A DNA stretch of 64,000 nucleotides from Nitrospirota bacterium (GTDB taxonomy: Bacteria; Nitrospirota; UBA9217): the NCBI GenBank assembly GCA_963663225.1, contig OY760142.1, positions 96,001-160,000 of the forward strand, given 5' to 3'. A model generated the notes under the pieces. It was not told the origin of the DNA and searched no databases. It saw only the letters and a list, made by a program, of their open reading frames with translations. The position numbers and the translations under genes are program-made. Shown here in pieces: positions 48,732 through 58,286 of the stretch (the stretch's first letter is position 1; every line of letters starts with the position of its first letter).

Positions 48732-50408
48732 ATGCAATGGTTCCATAACTATTCAGCTTTCGGCGGAAGTCTCGGGCTTACCGCTATTGCTGTATCAATC
48801 CCGATTTTTTATCTTTTCTGGGCCCTGGCCATAAAACGAATGAAGGGCCACATAGCAGGCATAACGACATTGCTGCTGACGATTGTTATCGTAGTGATAG
48901 CCTACGGTATGCCGATCACCGTCGCAATATCAGCAGCGGCACTCGGAATGGTCACCGGCCTTTTTCCGATAGGCTGGATCATTCTTACCGCGGTTTTCCT
49001 TTATAATCTGACTGTTGAATCCGGGCAATTCGAAGTTATAAAGAACTCCATTTCCTCGTTGTCGACCGACCGGAGGTTGCAAGCGCTTCTGATTGCATTC
49101 TGCTTTTCCGCATTCATGGAAGGAGTGTCAGGACAGGGTGCGCCGGTGGCTGTTGCTGCGGCCATGCTGATCGGCCTGGGCTTCCCGGCCCTGCCGGCGG
49201 CCGTTATCTGCCTGGTCGCCAATACACCGCCTGTTCCCTTCGGCCCTGTTGGAACACCGACCATCATGATGTCCACGGTAACCGAACTGAACAGTCTGGT
49301 CGTATCAAAAGCCATCGGTCTGGACATGACCATACTGGCGCTTATCATTCCGTTCTTCATGCTGGTGGTTGTGGCCGGATGGAAACATCTCGGCGAAGTA
49401 GTACCGGCGGCTTTGGTGGCCGGCATCAGCTATGCCACCACCAACTGGGTCGTCAGCCAGTATATGGGCCCGGAATTACCGGCTATCTTGTCGTCATTTG
49501 TGTCAATGCTTTGCCTTGGCGTATTCCTGAAATTCTGGAAACCCGCCACTATTTGGCGGTTCCCGAATGACACGGACGCCGCACAAGACAAAGGAACCCG
49601 TCACACATTCGGTGAAATTATAAAAGCCTGGTCTCCGTTTATCATCCTCATGATCGTTATGGGCATCTGGGGGATGCCGGTTTTTAAGAAATGGGTTGCT
49701 ACCGAACTTAAATGGTTTGTGATGATTCCTTCCTGGCCGGGTCTGGATGGAATCGTATACCGCACTGCACCCATTGTAGCCACACCTGCCAAATACGCGG
49801 CAAGCTACCGATGGGATTATTTTTCCGCTCCCGGCACCGCGATGTTGCTTTCGGCATTTATTTCGATGGCGGTTCTGAAAATTAGTCCTGCCACGGGCGT
49901 AAAAGTCATGGGAAAGACCTGCAAGCAACTGATGTATTCTCTCATTACCCTGGCTTCCGTTCTCGGCATCGGATTCCTGGCGAACTATTCCGGCATGTCC
50001 TACACTCTGGGCCTGGCCGCTGCCGCATATACCGGGATGCTCTTCCCGATCTTCTCGCCCATGATCGGATACCTTGGCGTATTCTTGACCGGATCGGTCA
50101 CTTCTTCAGCCGCACTATTCGGGAAACTGCAACAAGTGACCGCTACTACCTTAGGGTTTAATCCTATGCTGACTATTTCGGCGAATTTGTTCGGCGCCGA
50201 CATCGGCAAACTGATTTCACCGCAGTCAATCGCCGTCGCGTGCGCCGCCGTCGGTCTCGTCGGACATGAAACTGATATTTTCCGCCAGACGCTTAAATAT
50301 TCGATCTATCTCCTGCTGTTCGTTATCGCCATTATTCTGCTGCAGGCATGGATATTCCCGGATATGCTGCCGAAAATTGCAGAGTTCGTCGTTCAACGCA
50401 CCGTCTGA
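48732..50408 (+). CDS. lctP: L-lactate permease (LctP/LutP family)
   Basis: DRRLQALLIAF.F.AF.EG, ANT.PV.FG..G.P, GPELP, G.FLTGS.TSS, GKLISPQSIAVA. Confidence 0.93.
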   Translation: MQWFHNYSAFGGSLGLTAIAVSIPIFYLFWALAIKRMKGHIAGITTLLLTIVIVVIAYGMPITVAISAAALGMVTGLFPIGWIILTAVFLYNLTVESGQFEVIKNSISSLSTDRRLQALLIAFCFSAFMEGVSGQGAPVAVAAAMLIGLGFPALPAAVICLVANTPPVPFGPVGTPTIMMSTVTELNSLVVSKAIGLDMTILALIIPFFMLVVVAGWKHLGEVVPAALVAGISYATTNWVVSQYMGPELPAILSSFVSMLCLGVFLKFWKPATIWRFPNDTDAAQDKGTRHTFGEIIKAWSPFIILMIVMGIWGMPVFKKWVATELKWFVMIPSWPGLDGIVYRTAPIVATPAKYAASYRWDYFSAPGTAMLLSAFISMAVLKISPATGVKVMGKTCKQLMYSLITLASVLGIGFLANYSGMSYTLGLAAAAYTGMLFPIFSPMIGYLGVFLTGSVTSSAALFGKLQQVTATTLGFNPMLTISANLFGADIGKLISPQSIAVACAAVGLVGHETDIFRQTLKYSIYLLLFVIAIILLQAWIFPDMLPKIAEFVVQRTV

Positions 50409-50414
50409 TAACCA

Positions 50415-50456
50415 AAACCCCATGACTTGCTGTGAAAACAAGTCATGGGGTTTCTT
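50415..50456 (+). terminator. Intrinsic terminator between convergent lctP and glpD, probably bidirectional
   Basis: aaaccccatgacttg...caagtcatggggttt. Confidence 0.75.
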
Positions 50457-50574
50457 AATGACACCAGCGGTTGCCAGCCATGCCATAAAGCATGGTGTCG
50501 CTTCTTGTTTCGCCTACCCCATATAATCCGATTCAAAATTATCAACTCAAAGAAAAAAATCTATGCCATGTTGT

Positions 50575-52206
50575 TCATGTAGGCTGACGTCGTGAGGGGT
50601 GTTTCAGACACTCGGTTTCTTTCTGCAGGTCAGATCTGAACTGTTCAATCTGTCGGAGTGTTTCCTCTTCGTCCCACAGAAGCTCTTTTCCGGCCATGTC
50701 CGCAATTTTTTGGACCTGGTGCATACCGCGCGATGCGGTTATGCCGAGATATATTCTGCGCAGAATGATGTCCGACAGCGTTTTCGACTCTTCCTCCCTT
50801 ATGCTGTACAGCACCTGAGCATAGATGTCGCTGCTCTCTGGCGAGATTGCGCCGGAAAAATCCGGCCTCTTCTGCGTTAGGTGAAGCACATCTCCTGCCC
50901 TGGCTCCATACAGACTGATAAGATGCCGCACGGTTTCCGGAGAGACCTTGTAACGGATGGACAGTTCCGGCACAGCTTCTTTTACATATTCGTTATACTC
51001 TGTCGGGAGCCCGCCGGGAAGCGGTTTTTTGTCCGTAACGCAGCGTGCAGGCGTTCCAAGTACGGTGCATGCCGCGTCCACCGTGTCCTTTGCCATGTTG
51101 CGGTAGGTTGTAAGTTTCCCACCTGCAATGCTGATTATCCTGTCGGAACGCCCCTCCCTAATCACCCGATGTTTGCGTGATATTTTGGATTCCTTTGCTC
51201 CGGAAAAGGCAAGAGGTCGTATCCCTCCATAGGTATATAAAATAGCTTCCCGCTGGAGTCCTATACCCGGCAGTACACGACTGCTCTCGCTCAGCAGATA
51301 CTGAACGTCGCTCGAATCAGCATGGACCTCATCGAGATCTCCGTCATATTTCGTGTCTGTTGTGCCGATGAGGGAATATTCGCCCAGTGGAGTGATAAAA
51401 AACATCCGGCCATCTCTTGATGCGATAAACAGGGCCTGGTCATTCAATCTGGGAAGCACCAGATGTATCCCTTTGGTGGGATGGATGATCTGCGGGCTGT
51501 TGATTCCGCCTGCACGCCGCACTTGATCGATCCAGGGGCCGGCTGCATTGATCAGGACTTTGGAGCGAAATACGCACCGGTTACCATGAAGTATGTCTTT
51601 TGCGGTGACCGTGACTGCGGAATCTGATTCTTCGATTTTTTCCGCCCGTGTATAGTTCAAGACAACTGTTCCCGCGTCCCGCGCGGAAATGATATTTTCA
51701 ATCACCAGCCGTTCAGGCATGATAATCTGGTGGTCATAAAACAGCGCGCTGCCTTTGAGGCTTTCCTGGTTCAGCCGGGGTTCCAATCCAAGGGTCTTTT
51801 CCTTGTTGGAGGTGAAATAATGCGGAATGTCTTTTTCATGCGAAAGCATGTCATACAGATGAATGCCGAGGGAAATCACTGCCCTGCCGTGTGCATCTCC
51901 CTGGTAGATGGGGATAAGGATCGGCAGAGGATGGATAAGATAGGGGGCCTGCTGCCTGAGGACCGCGCGCTCGGTAAGGGACTCGGCCACGAGGTCTATT
52001 TCAAAATTCGCGAGGTACCGAAGACCACCGTGGATTAGGCGTGTTGATTTTGAGGAAATGCCTGAAGCAAAATCCCCTTTCTCGATCAGAAGGCAGGAAA
52101 GACCGCGCAGCGCAGCGTCCCGCGCCACGCCCGCACCCGTGATGCCGCCCCCGATAACAATGACATCGAACAATTGATCATGCTGCACCGGTGTAATTGT
52201 GCTCAA
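50575..52206 (-). CDS. glpD: FAD-dependent glycerol-3-phosphate dehydrogenase/oxidase
   Basis: IGGGITGAGVARDAA.RG, SSKSTRLIHGGLRYL, NAAGPW, GTTD, GGKLTTYR. Confidence 0.93.
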   Translation of the reverse strand: MSTITPVQHDQLFDVIVIGGGITGAGVARDAALRGLSCLLIEKGDFASGISSKSTRLIHGGLRYLANFEIDLVAESLTERAVLRQQAPYLIHPLPILIPIYQGDAHGRAVISLGIHLYDMLSHEKDIPHYFTSNKEKTLGLEPRLNQESLKGSALFYDHQIIMPERLVIENIISARDAGTVVLNYTRAEKIEESDSAVTVTAKDILHGNRCVFRSKVLINAAGPWIDQVRRAGGINSPQIIHPTKGIHLVLPRLNDQALFIASRDGRMFFITPLGEYSLIGTTDTKYDGDLDEVHADSSDVQYLLSESSRVLPGIGLQREAILYTYGGIRPLAFSGAKESKISRKHRVIREGRSDRIISIAGGKLTTYRNMAKDTVDAACTVLGTPARCVTDKKPLPGGLPTEYNEYVKEAVPELSIRYKVSPETVRHLISLYGARAGDVLHLTQKRPDFSGAISPESSDIYAQVLYSIREEESKTLSDIILRRIYLGITASRGMHQVQKIADMAGKELLWDEEETLRQIEQFRSDLQKETECLKHPSRRQPT

Positions 52207-52221
52207 TCGTCCCTCCCGATC

Positions 52222-52941
52222 TCAGCGTGCTGTGTTCTGCTCACAGGATTCGGCGTTCCGCACCACTTCCTTCAAGAGTTCCGGTTTATTGGAATAAATA
52301 CCGTCCGCGCCCCATAACAGGAGTTTTTTCATTTCCCGCTCATCGTCCACGGTCCAGACATACACCCGTATTCCCTGGTCATGGCATTTGTTGATCAGTG
52401 CTTTATCAACCGTTTTTTTTCGCAGACTGACAATATCATAGCCCCGCTCCCTGTATCCGGAAACGTCGCGTATGGTGAAGGTATCAAAAACGACCGACGT
52501 CGCCAACGCTGGTGCGACGCGGCGTGCGGCAAGGACTTCCTCTTCATCGAACGATGAAAGCAGGATGTATCCCAGATACGGAGACGAGCGCAGATATTTC
52601 GCCGTCAGCGCCCCGGCGCCCCTGCTTTTGATTTCCAGATTCAGGCCGCACGCGCCGGAAAGAGCCGTGAGCATGGCGGCAAGCGTGGGGACAGGCTCCC
52701 CGTTTTTCAGCTGAATCCGGTTGATTTCTGCGGCGGTCGCGTTTTCAAGATCGATATTTTCTTCCGCGGTCCGGCCGGTTGTCTTATCGTGCATCACGTA
52801 AAGCTGCCGGTCCCGGCTGATGCGGATATCAACTTCAATCATGTCCACGGAAAGCGATACGGCGCTCCGGATGGACTCCAGTGAATTTTCAAGGATACGG
52901 GATGAATTACCGCGATGGGCAATAACAAGAGGATGGCGCAT
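52222..52941 (-). CDS. Glycerophosphodiester phosphodiesterase
   Basis: IAHRG...EN, IEVD, VMHD, EIK, SSF, VWTV, GADGI. Confidence 0.92.
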   Translation of the reverse strand: MRHPLVIAHRGNSSRILENSLESIRSAVSLSVDMIEVDIRISRDRQLYVMHDKTTGRTAEENIDLENATAAEINRIQLKNGEPVPTLAAMLTALSGACGLNLEIKSRGAGALTAKYLRSSPYLGYILLSSFDEEEVLAARRVAPALATSVVFDTFTIRDVSGYRERGYDIVSLRKKTVDKALINKCHDQGIRVYVWTVDDEREMKKLLLWGADGIYSNKPELLKEVVRNAESCEQNTAR

Positions 52942-52947
52942 GCCGAC

Positions 52948-52956
52948 ATTATAGCA
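52948..52956 (-). promoter_or_regulatory. Extended -10 element 6 nt before the ATG (leaderless candidate)
   Basis: TGcTATAAT-gtcggc-ATG, no SD. Confidence 0.55.
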
Positions 52957-53006
52957 AAAATGGATTTTGGATTCACTCCTAAACAGGATGTTTTCTGAAC
53001 GGCTGA

Positions 53007-53963
53007 TTATTGTTTCATGCCTGTCACTGTCTCCATGATTTTTTCTTTGATTCTCCTGATGTGTTCAGTGAATTTTCTCTGCGGTACCGCTGCCTCATGG
53101 ATTATAGCGCGGATCGTATCAAGTTGCGCGGTTGCGGCAACCTCTCCATGCCTGTATAACTCCCTGACATTGCTGAAATCCGCCCAGTGAACTCTGCCGA
53201 CATCCGGATGCAAGAGCACATCCGCGTCCTTGCCCACCAGTTCATTCAGATATACTCGGGTAACCGCGTCCGCCCGCAGAACGACATCGAGTCCCGATTT
53301 GTTTCCAAATGGTTCCATAACGCTCGAAACGTCCACCGCAATAACGATGTCAGCCCCCATTTCCCTCCCGCAGAGAACGGGAACCCTCTCCACCCATCCG
53401 CCGTCCACCAGCAGCATGCCCCGATCACTCACCGGGGGGAATATGCCCGGCAGGGAGCAACTCGCGCTGATAGCGGTGCGCAGCGATCCACTCGTGTAGA
53501 GAACCCGTTTTCCGTTCTGGATGTCCGTGGCCACGCAGCCGAAAGGGATTTTTGTCTGTTCAATGGAAATGTCGGGAATAATCGGATAGATGAAATCCCG
53601 GTATTCCTGTTCGCCGACAAAAGCCGATTTGGTCACGGTAACGCCCCAGAAGTACCCCTTACGGATCATCTGGGCCATATCACCGAAAAAACCCTGCTGG
53701 TTGTTGCCGGGCTGGTCGAGCCGCCTCAGAAATTCGAGGCGCGTTTTGCGCGAGTGAAAACTGCGGACAAACTGTTCCGCCCTTCCCATCCAGTAGACAG
53801 CATCCGGATGCGAGGCATAGAGCCCCCCGATCAAAGCGCCGAGACTCGTCCCGGTAATCATGTGGATGGGAATTTCAGCATTCTCCAGAATCTTCAGGAC
53901 ACCGAGATGGGCCAGCCCTCTCGCCGCACCTCCTCCCAACGCCAGGCAAATTTTCGGTTCCAT
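53007..53963 (-). CDS. Patatin-like phospholipase (RssA/NTE type)
   Basis: LALGGGAARGLAHLG, GTSLG nucleophile, DGG. Confidence 0.92.
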   Translation of the reverse strand: MEPKICLALGGGAARGLAHLGVLKILENAEIPIHMITGTSLGALIGGLYASHPDAVYWMGRAEQFVRSFHSRKTRLEFLRRLDQPGNNQQGFFGDMAQMIRKGYFWGVTVTKSAFVGEQEYRDFIYPIIPDISIEQTKIPFGCVATDIQNGKRVLYTSGSLRTAISASCSLPGIFPPVSDRGMLLVDGGWVERVPVLCGREMGADIVIAVDVSSVMEPFGNKSGLDVVLRADAVTRVYLNELVGKDADVLLHPDVGRVHWADFSNVRELYRHGEVAATAQLDTIRAIIHEAAVPQRKFTEHIRRIKEKIMETVTGMKQ

Positions 53964-54063
53964 TTGAAATCCTCCTGCATCTGCGCCAAGCGCCTTTCAG
54001 CATGAATGTATCAATGATAGCATCGCAGTAAATCGGTGTAAAGATTTTTTGAAAATACCGTAC

Positions 54064-54092
54064 TTGACATACCGTAGAGCCCATGGTATGTT
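54064..54092 (+). promoter_or_regulatory. Sigma70-type promoter, probably giving a leaderless transcript
   Basis: TTGACA-17 nt ending TGg-TATGTT-6 nt-ATG. Confidence 0.65.
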
Positions 54093-54098
54093 CAATAT

Positions 54099-54758
54099 AT
54101 GAACATCAATCGGACCCCGGCTGCCATCGATCATTTTAAGTCTTTGCAGATCCTCGATGAACTTTCGAGCAACGACTCGCTTACCCAGCGGGACCTCAGC
54201 AGCCGGCTCGGCATCGCCCTCGGGCTGGTCAACTCGTATATCAAAAACCTTGTTGCAAAAGGGTACATAACGGTAAAATCGATTCCGCCGAAACGATATG
54301 CGTATTACCTGACGCCGAAGGGTTTTGCAGAAAAAACCCGCCTGACGTACGACCTGCTGCACGATTATACCCGCATATATCGGGAGGCACGCAGCAATCT
54401 CAAGCAGCTGTTCCGGGAGCTAAAAGACAGCGGCGTCCGCAAGGTCGCTTTTGCGGGAGTGGATGAAATCGCGGAAATCGCATATATCACCCTGCACGAA
54501 ATGAACATGAAACTTGCCGCCGTGGTCGATGACGAAAAAGCAGGACAGACTTTTTTCGGAAGAACAATCCAGCCCGTAAAAATGCTTGCCACCGCTCCGT
54601 ACGACCGCGTTGTAGTGACGTCCTACCGGAAATCCGAAGAAATCTGCAAAAGCCTTCTCCAACTGGGTGTAGAGAGAAAAAACATCCTTCTGCATTTTGT
54701 GCAGCGGTCAAAAACCGCCGGCTGCCAGCAGAATGGAAATCAGCGTGACAATCCATGA
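54099..54758 (+). CDS. EPS-associated MarR-type winged-helix regulator with C-terminal Rossmann-like domain
   Basis: LTQRDLS..LGIALGLVN.YIK.L..KG...YAYYLTPKGFAEK; C-terminal KVAFAG..EIAEI. Confidence 0.85.
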   Translation: MNINRTPAAIDHFKSLQILDELSSNDSLTQRDLSSRLGIALGLVNSYIKNLVAKGYITVKSIPPKRYAYYLTPKGFAEKTRLTYDLLHDYTRIYREARSNLKQLFRELKDSGVRKVAFAGVDEIAEIAYITLHEMNMKLAAVVDDEKAGQTFFGRTIQPVKMLATAPYDRVVVTSYRKSEEICKSLLQLGVERKNILLHFVQRSKTAGCQQNGNQRDNP

Positions 54759-56272
54759 CGGCCCCCTCCCCGCCCACAAAACATGAATTGACTTCCAGCA
54801 AGGTCCTTGTAAAGAATACCCTTTGGAATCTGATCGGCCAGGCATTACCGCTTGCCGTCGCCCTGCTCACCATTCCCCTCCTGATACGCGGCCTCGGCAT
54901 AGAACGATTCGGCATTTTGACCCTTGCCTGGACATTGATCAGCTATTTCAGCCTGTTCGATTTCGGCATCAGCCGCGCCTTGACGCAGTTCATCGCAGAG
55001 AAGCTTGCGGCCGGAAGCCGGGAAGATACATCATCCATAGTACGAACATCGCTCTGCCTTCTCTTTCTGCTCGGAGCAGTGGGGGGACTGGTCATGCTCA
55101 TGGCCGCTCCCTGGCTTGTCAATCACGTCCTGACCGCCCAGAACACGCCGCAGCGGGAGGTGCTCATTTCACTGGCACTGCTGTCGATCTCCGTCCCTTT
55201 CATTATATCAACCGCAGGTCTGTGCGGTGTTCTTTCGGCATACCAGCGGTTCGACCTTATTAACGCGGTGCGGATTCCGGCAAGCATAATAACGTTTTGC
55301 GGTCCCGCGCTTGTTCTGCTTTTTTCCGGGAGCCTGATTTTTATCATCACCTTCCTCGTATTCGAGCAAATCATCGTGTGCCTTGTCTATTGTATTCTCG
55401 GCCTGCGCGTGATGCCTGCGCTGAGAAAAGGAGGATGGTTGCCAGGACGGGGCATCATACCGCTGCTCAAATTCGGCACCTGGATGACCATATCCAATAT
55501 CGTCGGTCCCATCATGGTCTATATGGACCGTTTTTTTATCGGCGCCATCATATCATTGTCCGCAGTGGCATATTATGTGACCCCCTACGAAGTCGTCACC
55601 AAATTGTGGATCATCCCAGGCTCTCTGGTCAGCGTCATTTTTCCGGCCTTCGCATCGCACTTCCTGCACGACCGGGAAACGGTAAAGCTCTACTATGCCA
55701 GAAGCATCAAATACATATTTCTCGTTTTGTTTCCGGTCACCCTGCTGGTGATCTGCGTCGCTCATGAGGGGCTGTCACTTTGGCTCGGGACTGAGTTTGC
55801 CGATAATTCCACCCGGGTGCTACAATGGTTGAGTCTTGGGATATTTATCAATAGCCTTGCCCAGGTGCCTCTTACGCTTATTCAGGGAATCGGCCGGCCT
55901 GATGTTACAACCAAAGTACATCTTCTGGAGCTGCCCTGCTATCTCGCAGTTTTGCTGCTGCTTCTTTCCCGATACGGGATTGAAGGAGCTGCGATTGCCT
56001 GGTGTCTCAGAGTGACGATGGACGCAACTATCCTATTTATGCTTGCGCATCGCTTTCTGCCGGTTCCGTGCAAAGATATGCATCGCGCCCTGTGGATACA
56101 GTCAGCGGCAGCCTTCCTGTTCGCAATGGCCGCGCTGCCTCTGTCCCTGCTGCATAAAACATTCTTTCTGATAACCGTGCTTTTCTGTTTTATTATTTTT
56201 GCCAAATCAGCTATGATAACCAGCGAAGAAAAAGCCTGGATCAAAAGTACCTATGCAAATCTATTCCGGTAA
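54755..56272 (+). CDS. wzx: Wzx-type oligosaccharide flippase
   Basis: KNTLWNLIG, LG.ERFG, FDFGI, DRFFIG, about 12-14 TM helices. Confidence 0.88.
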   Translation: MTAPSPPTKHELTSSKVLVKNTLWNLIGQALPLAVALLTIPLLIRGLGIERFGILTLAWTLISYFSLFDFGISRALTQFIAEKLAAGSREDTSSIVRTSLCLLFLLGAVGGLVMLMAAPWLVNHVLTAQNTPQREVLISLALLSISVPFIISTAGLCGVLSAYQRFDLINAVRIPASIITFCGPALVLLFSGSLIFIITFLVFEQIIVCLVYCILGLRVMPALRKGGWLPGRGIIPLLKFGTWMTISNIVGPIMVYMDRFFIGAIISLSAVAYYVTPYEVVTKLWIIPGSLVSVIFPAFASHFLHDRETVKLYYARSIKYIFLVLFPVTLLVICVAHEGLSLWLGTEFADNSTRVLQWLSLGIFINSLAQVPLTLIQGIGRPDVTTKVHLLELPCYLAVLLLLLSRYGIEGAAIAWCLRVTMDATILFMLAHRFLPVPCKDMHRALWIQSAAAFLFAMAALPLSLLHKTFFLITVLFCFIIFAKSAMITSEEKAWIKSTYANLFR

Positions 56273-57338
56273 AGATATGTCAGAACAAGATTCTTCCATG
56301 ATGATTCGATCAACTCCCTGCCCCGCCTGCTCCCTGTGCGGTTCTCCGGGAACAGATTTGTACCGCAACCTAAAAGATCGGCTGTTCTCTGCATGGGGGA
56401 TCTGGAACCTTAAAAAGTGCTCCAACCCGCAGTGCGGGATCGTCTGGCTCGACCCGATGCCGTCGGAGCAGGACATCGGCAAAGCGTATCAGACCTATTA
56501 CACCCATACTGACACACCGGCTCACGCTCCCAGGAAGGGTGGCATCATGCCGTATTTGATGCGCTCGATCAAAAACAGCTATCTGGCGCGGACGTATGGT
56601 TACAATAAAAGGACCCTGAACTTTTTTCAGCGATCTCTCTGGCCTTTGGCGTACCTCAGCCTGAACGGACGAGTTTGGCTTGATTCAAAAGTCATGTACC
56701 TCCGGGCACCGTATAAAGGGCGGCTGCTTGAAATCGGTGCCGGCAGCGGGGAGCAGCTTGAAGAACTGATTGCGTTCGGATGGGACGGCGAAGGCATAGA
56801 CAATGACCACAATGCGGTCGAAAACGCCCTGAAAAAGCGGCTGCGGGTCCGCTGTGGAACCGTGGAAGCACAACGGTATCCGGACAATTCCTTTGATGTC
56901 ATCATCATGAACCATGTTATAGAACATGTGCACGATCCGCTCTCTCTTGTTGCAGAATGTTTCCGGATACTGCGTCCGGCAGGACGACTGGTGATCGTGA
57001 CCCCGAATATTTTGTCGCTGGGGCACCGTCTTTTCAAAGATGCCTGGTTTCCACTGGACCCTCCTCGGCATTTGCGGGTTTATACCCCCTCATCGTTGCG
57101 GAGCCTGCTCGGAAAAGCGGAGTTTGGGATCGAAACCGCACGCACATCGGCCAGAAATGCGAACGGCATCTTCTGGACAAGCAGGTCCATCAGACAATCC
57201 GGCAGGGGCACGATGAGCGCCGTCCCCGGCGTTCCACTCCGCACGGCAGCATGGTTCATGCTTTTTCTTGAATTGCTGCTGATGAAATTTGACTCGAATC
57301 TCGGCGAGGAAATCACACTCATTGCGAGAAAACAATAA
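56253..57338 (+). CDS. Class I SAM-dependent methyltransferase with N-terminal Cys cluster
   Basis: CSLC...CSNPQC; LLEIGAGSG; FDVI.MNHVIEHV.DP; PPRHL. Confidence 0.85.
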   Translation: MQIYSGKDMSEQDSSMMIRSTPCPACSLCGSPGTDLYRNLKDRLFSAWGIWNLKKCSNPQCGIVWLDPMPSEQDIGKAYQTYYTHTDTPAHAPRKGGIMPYLMRSIKNSYLARTYGYNKRTLNFFQRSLWPLAYLSLNGRVWLDSKVMYLRAPYKGRLLEIGAGSGEQLEELIAFGWDGEGIDNDHNAVENALKKRLRVRCGTVEAQRYPDNSFDVIIMNHVIEHVHDPLSLVAECFRILRPAGRLVIVTPNILSLGHRLFKDAWFPLDPPRHLRVYTPSSLRSLLGKAEFGIETARTSARNANGIFWTSRSIRQSGRGTMSAVPGVPLRTAAWFMLFLELLLMKFDSNLGEEITLIARKQ

Positions 57339-57361
57339 ACCATCCGCACAGGATTGCACGC

Positions 57362-58228
57362 ATGCCCGTTCAAAATAGCGTTAAAATCGCCGGTGTAACC
57401 GTTTTGTATCATCCCGATGAGTCGTTCAGGAAGAACATAGACTCCTACATTGACGACATCGATATATTATTCGTTATCGATAATACCGAGTCGCCGTTGC
57501 CGCAGGTACAGGAACAACTCCCGAAGAACAAAAGCATTTACATTCCTTACCATGAGAATCTCGGCATCGCTAAGGCTTTGAATGACGCAGCCTTGCTTGC
57601 CATGCAGCAGGGGTGCAGTTTCCTGCTGACCATGGACCAGGACAGCAGGGCGACTCCGGGGATGATTCCGCACATGCTTGCCTGTCTTCAACATGAAGAT
57701 ATAAACCGCATCGGCCTCATCTCGCCCTACCACCTCATGAGCCATCTGAAGGAAAAAGATCCTGCGCCCCGGACGTGCACCGAAGTGCTCACGGTCATGA
57801 CATCGGGAAATCTGCTGAACTTGTCCGCCTTCCGGGCAGTCGGAGGATTTACCGAAATGCTTTTTATCGATGCCGTAGATTTTGATTATTGTCTGAGATT
57901 GAACCAGAATGGGTTTCGAGTGCTTCTAGACAGCGATGCCCGCCTTATCCACCACCTGGGAAACGTCACTACCCACAATTTTTTCGGCCGCAGAGTCTAC
58001 GCAAGCCATCACTCCGCGGTAAGAAGATACTATATCACGCGAAATTATCTTTACATGATCAGAACGTTTAAATCCCAGTTTCCCGCCTTTTGCAGGTCGC
58101 TGTTAATTACAGTTCTGCTCACGCCCGTTGTCATTATCTTGTATGAGGAAGATAAATTCAGGAAGCTGCAAATGATACTTGCCGGTGCTTTTGACTATAT
58201 CAGGAAAAGATTCGGCCGCTTTCGATAG
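57362..58228 (+). CDS. GT2 glycosyltransferase, rhamnosyltransferase-like
   Basis: IDN, NLGIAKALN, MDQDS, TSGNL, LFIDAVDFDYCLR, RRYYITRN. Confidence 0.85.
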   Translation: MPVQNSVKIAGVTVLYHPDESFRKNIDSYIDDIDILFVIDNTESPLPQVQEQLPKNKSIYIPYHENLGIAKALNDAALLAMQQGCSFLLTMDQDSRATPGMIPHMLACLQHEDINRIGLISPYHLMSHLKEKDPAPRTCTEVLTVMTSGNLLNLSAFRAVGGFTEMLFIDAVDFDYCLRLNQNGFRVLLDSDARLIHHLGNVTTHNFFGRRVYASHHSAVRRYYITRNYLYMIRTFKSQFPAFCRSLLITVLLTPVVIILYEEDKFRKLQMILAGAFDYIRKRFGRFR

Positions 58229-58286
58229 TTCTCTGTGGAATAGTTCCCGGCACGGTCACGGACGGGCGGGAAGGGAAATGCTCCGT

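Noticed and set aside
53007-53963. Patatin as a CBASS or other anti-phage effector
   Set aside because: RssA-type sequence, no cyclase or defence genes nearby, metabolic context
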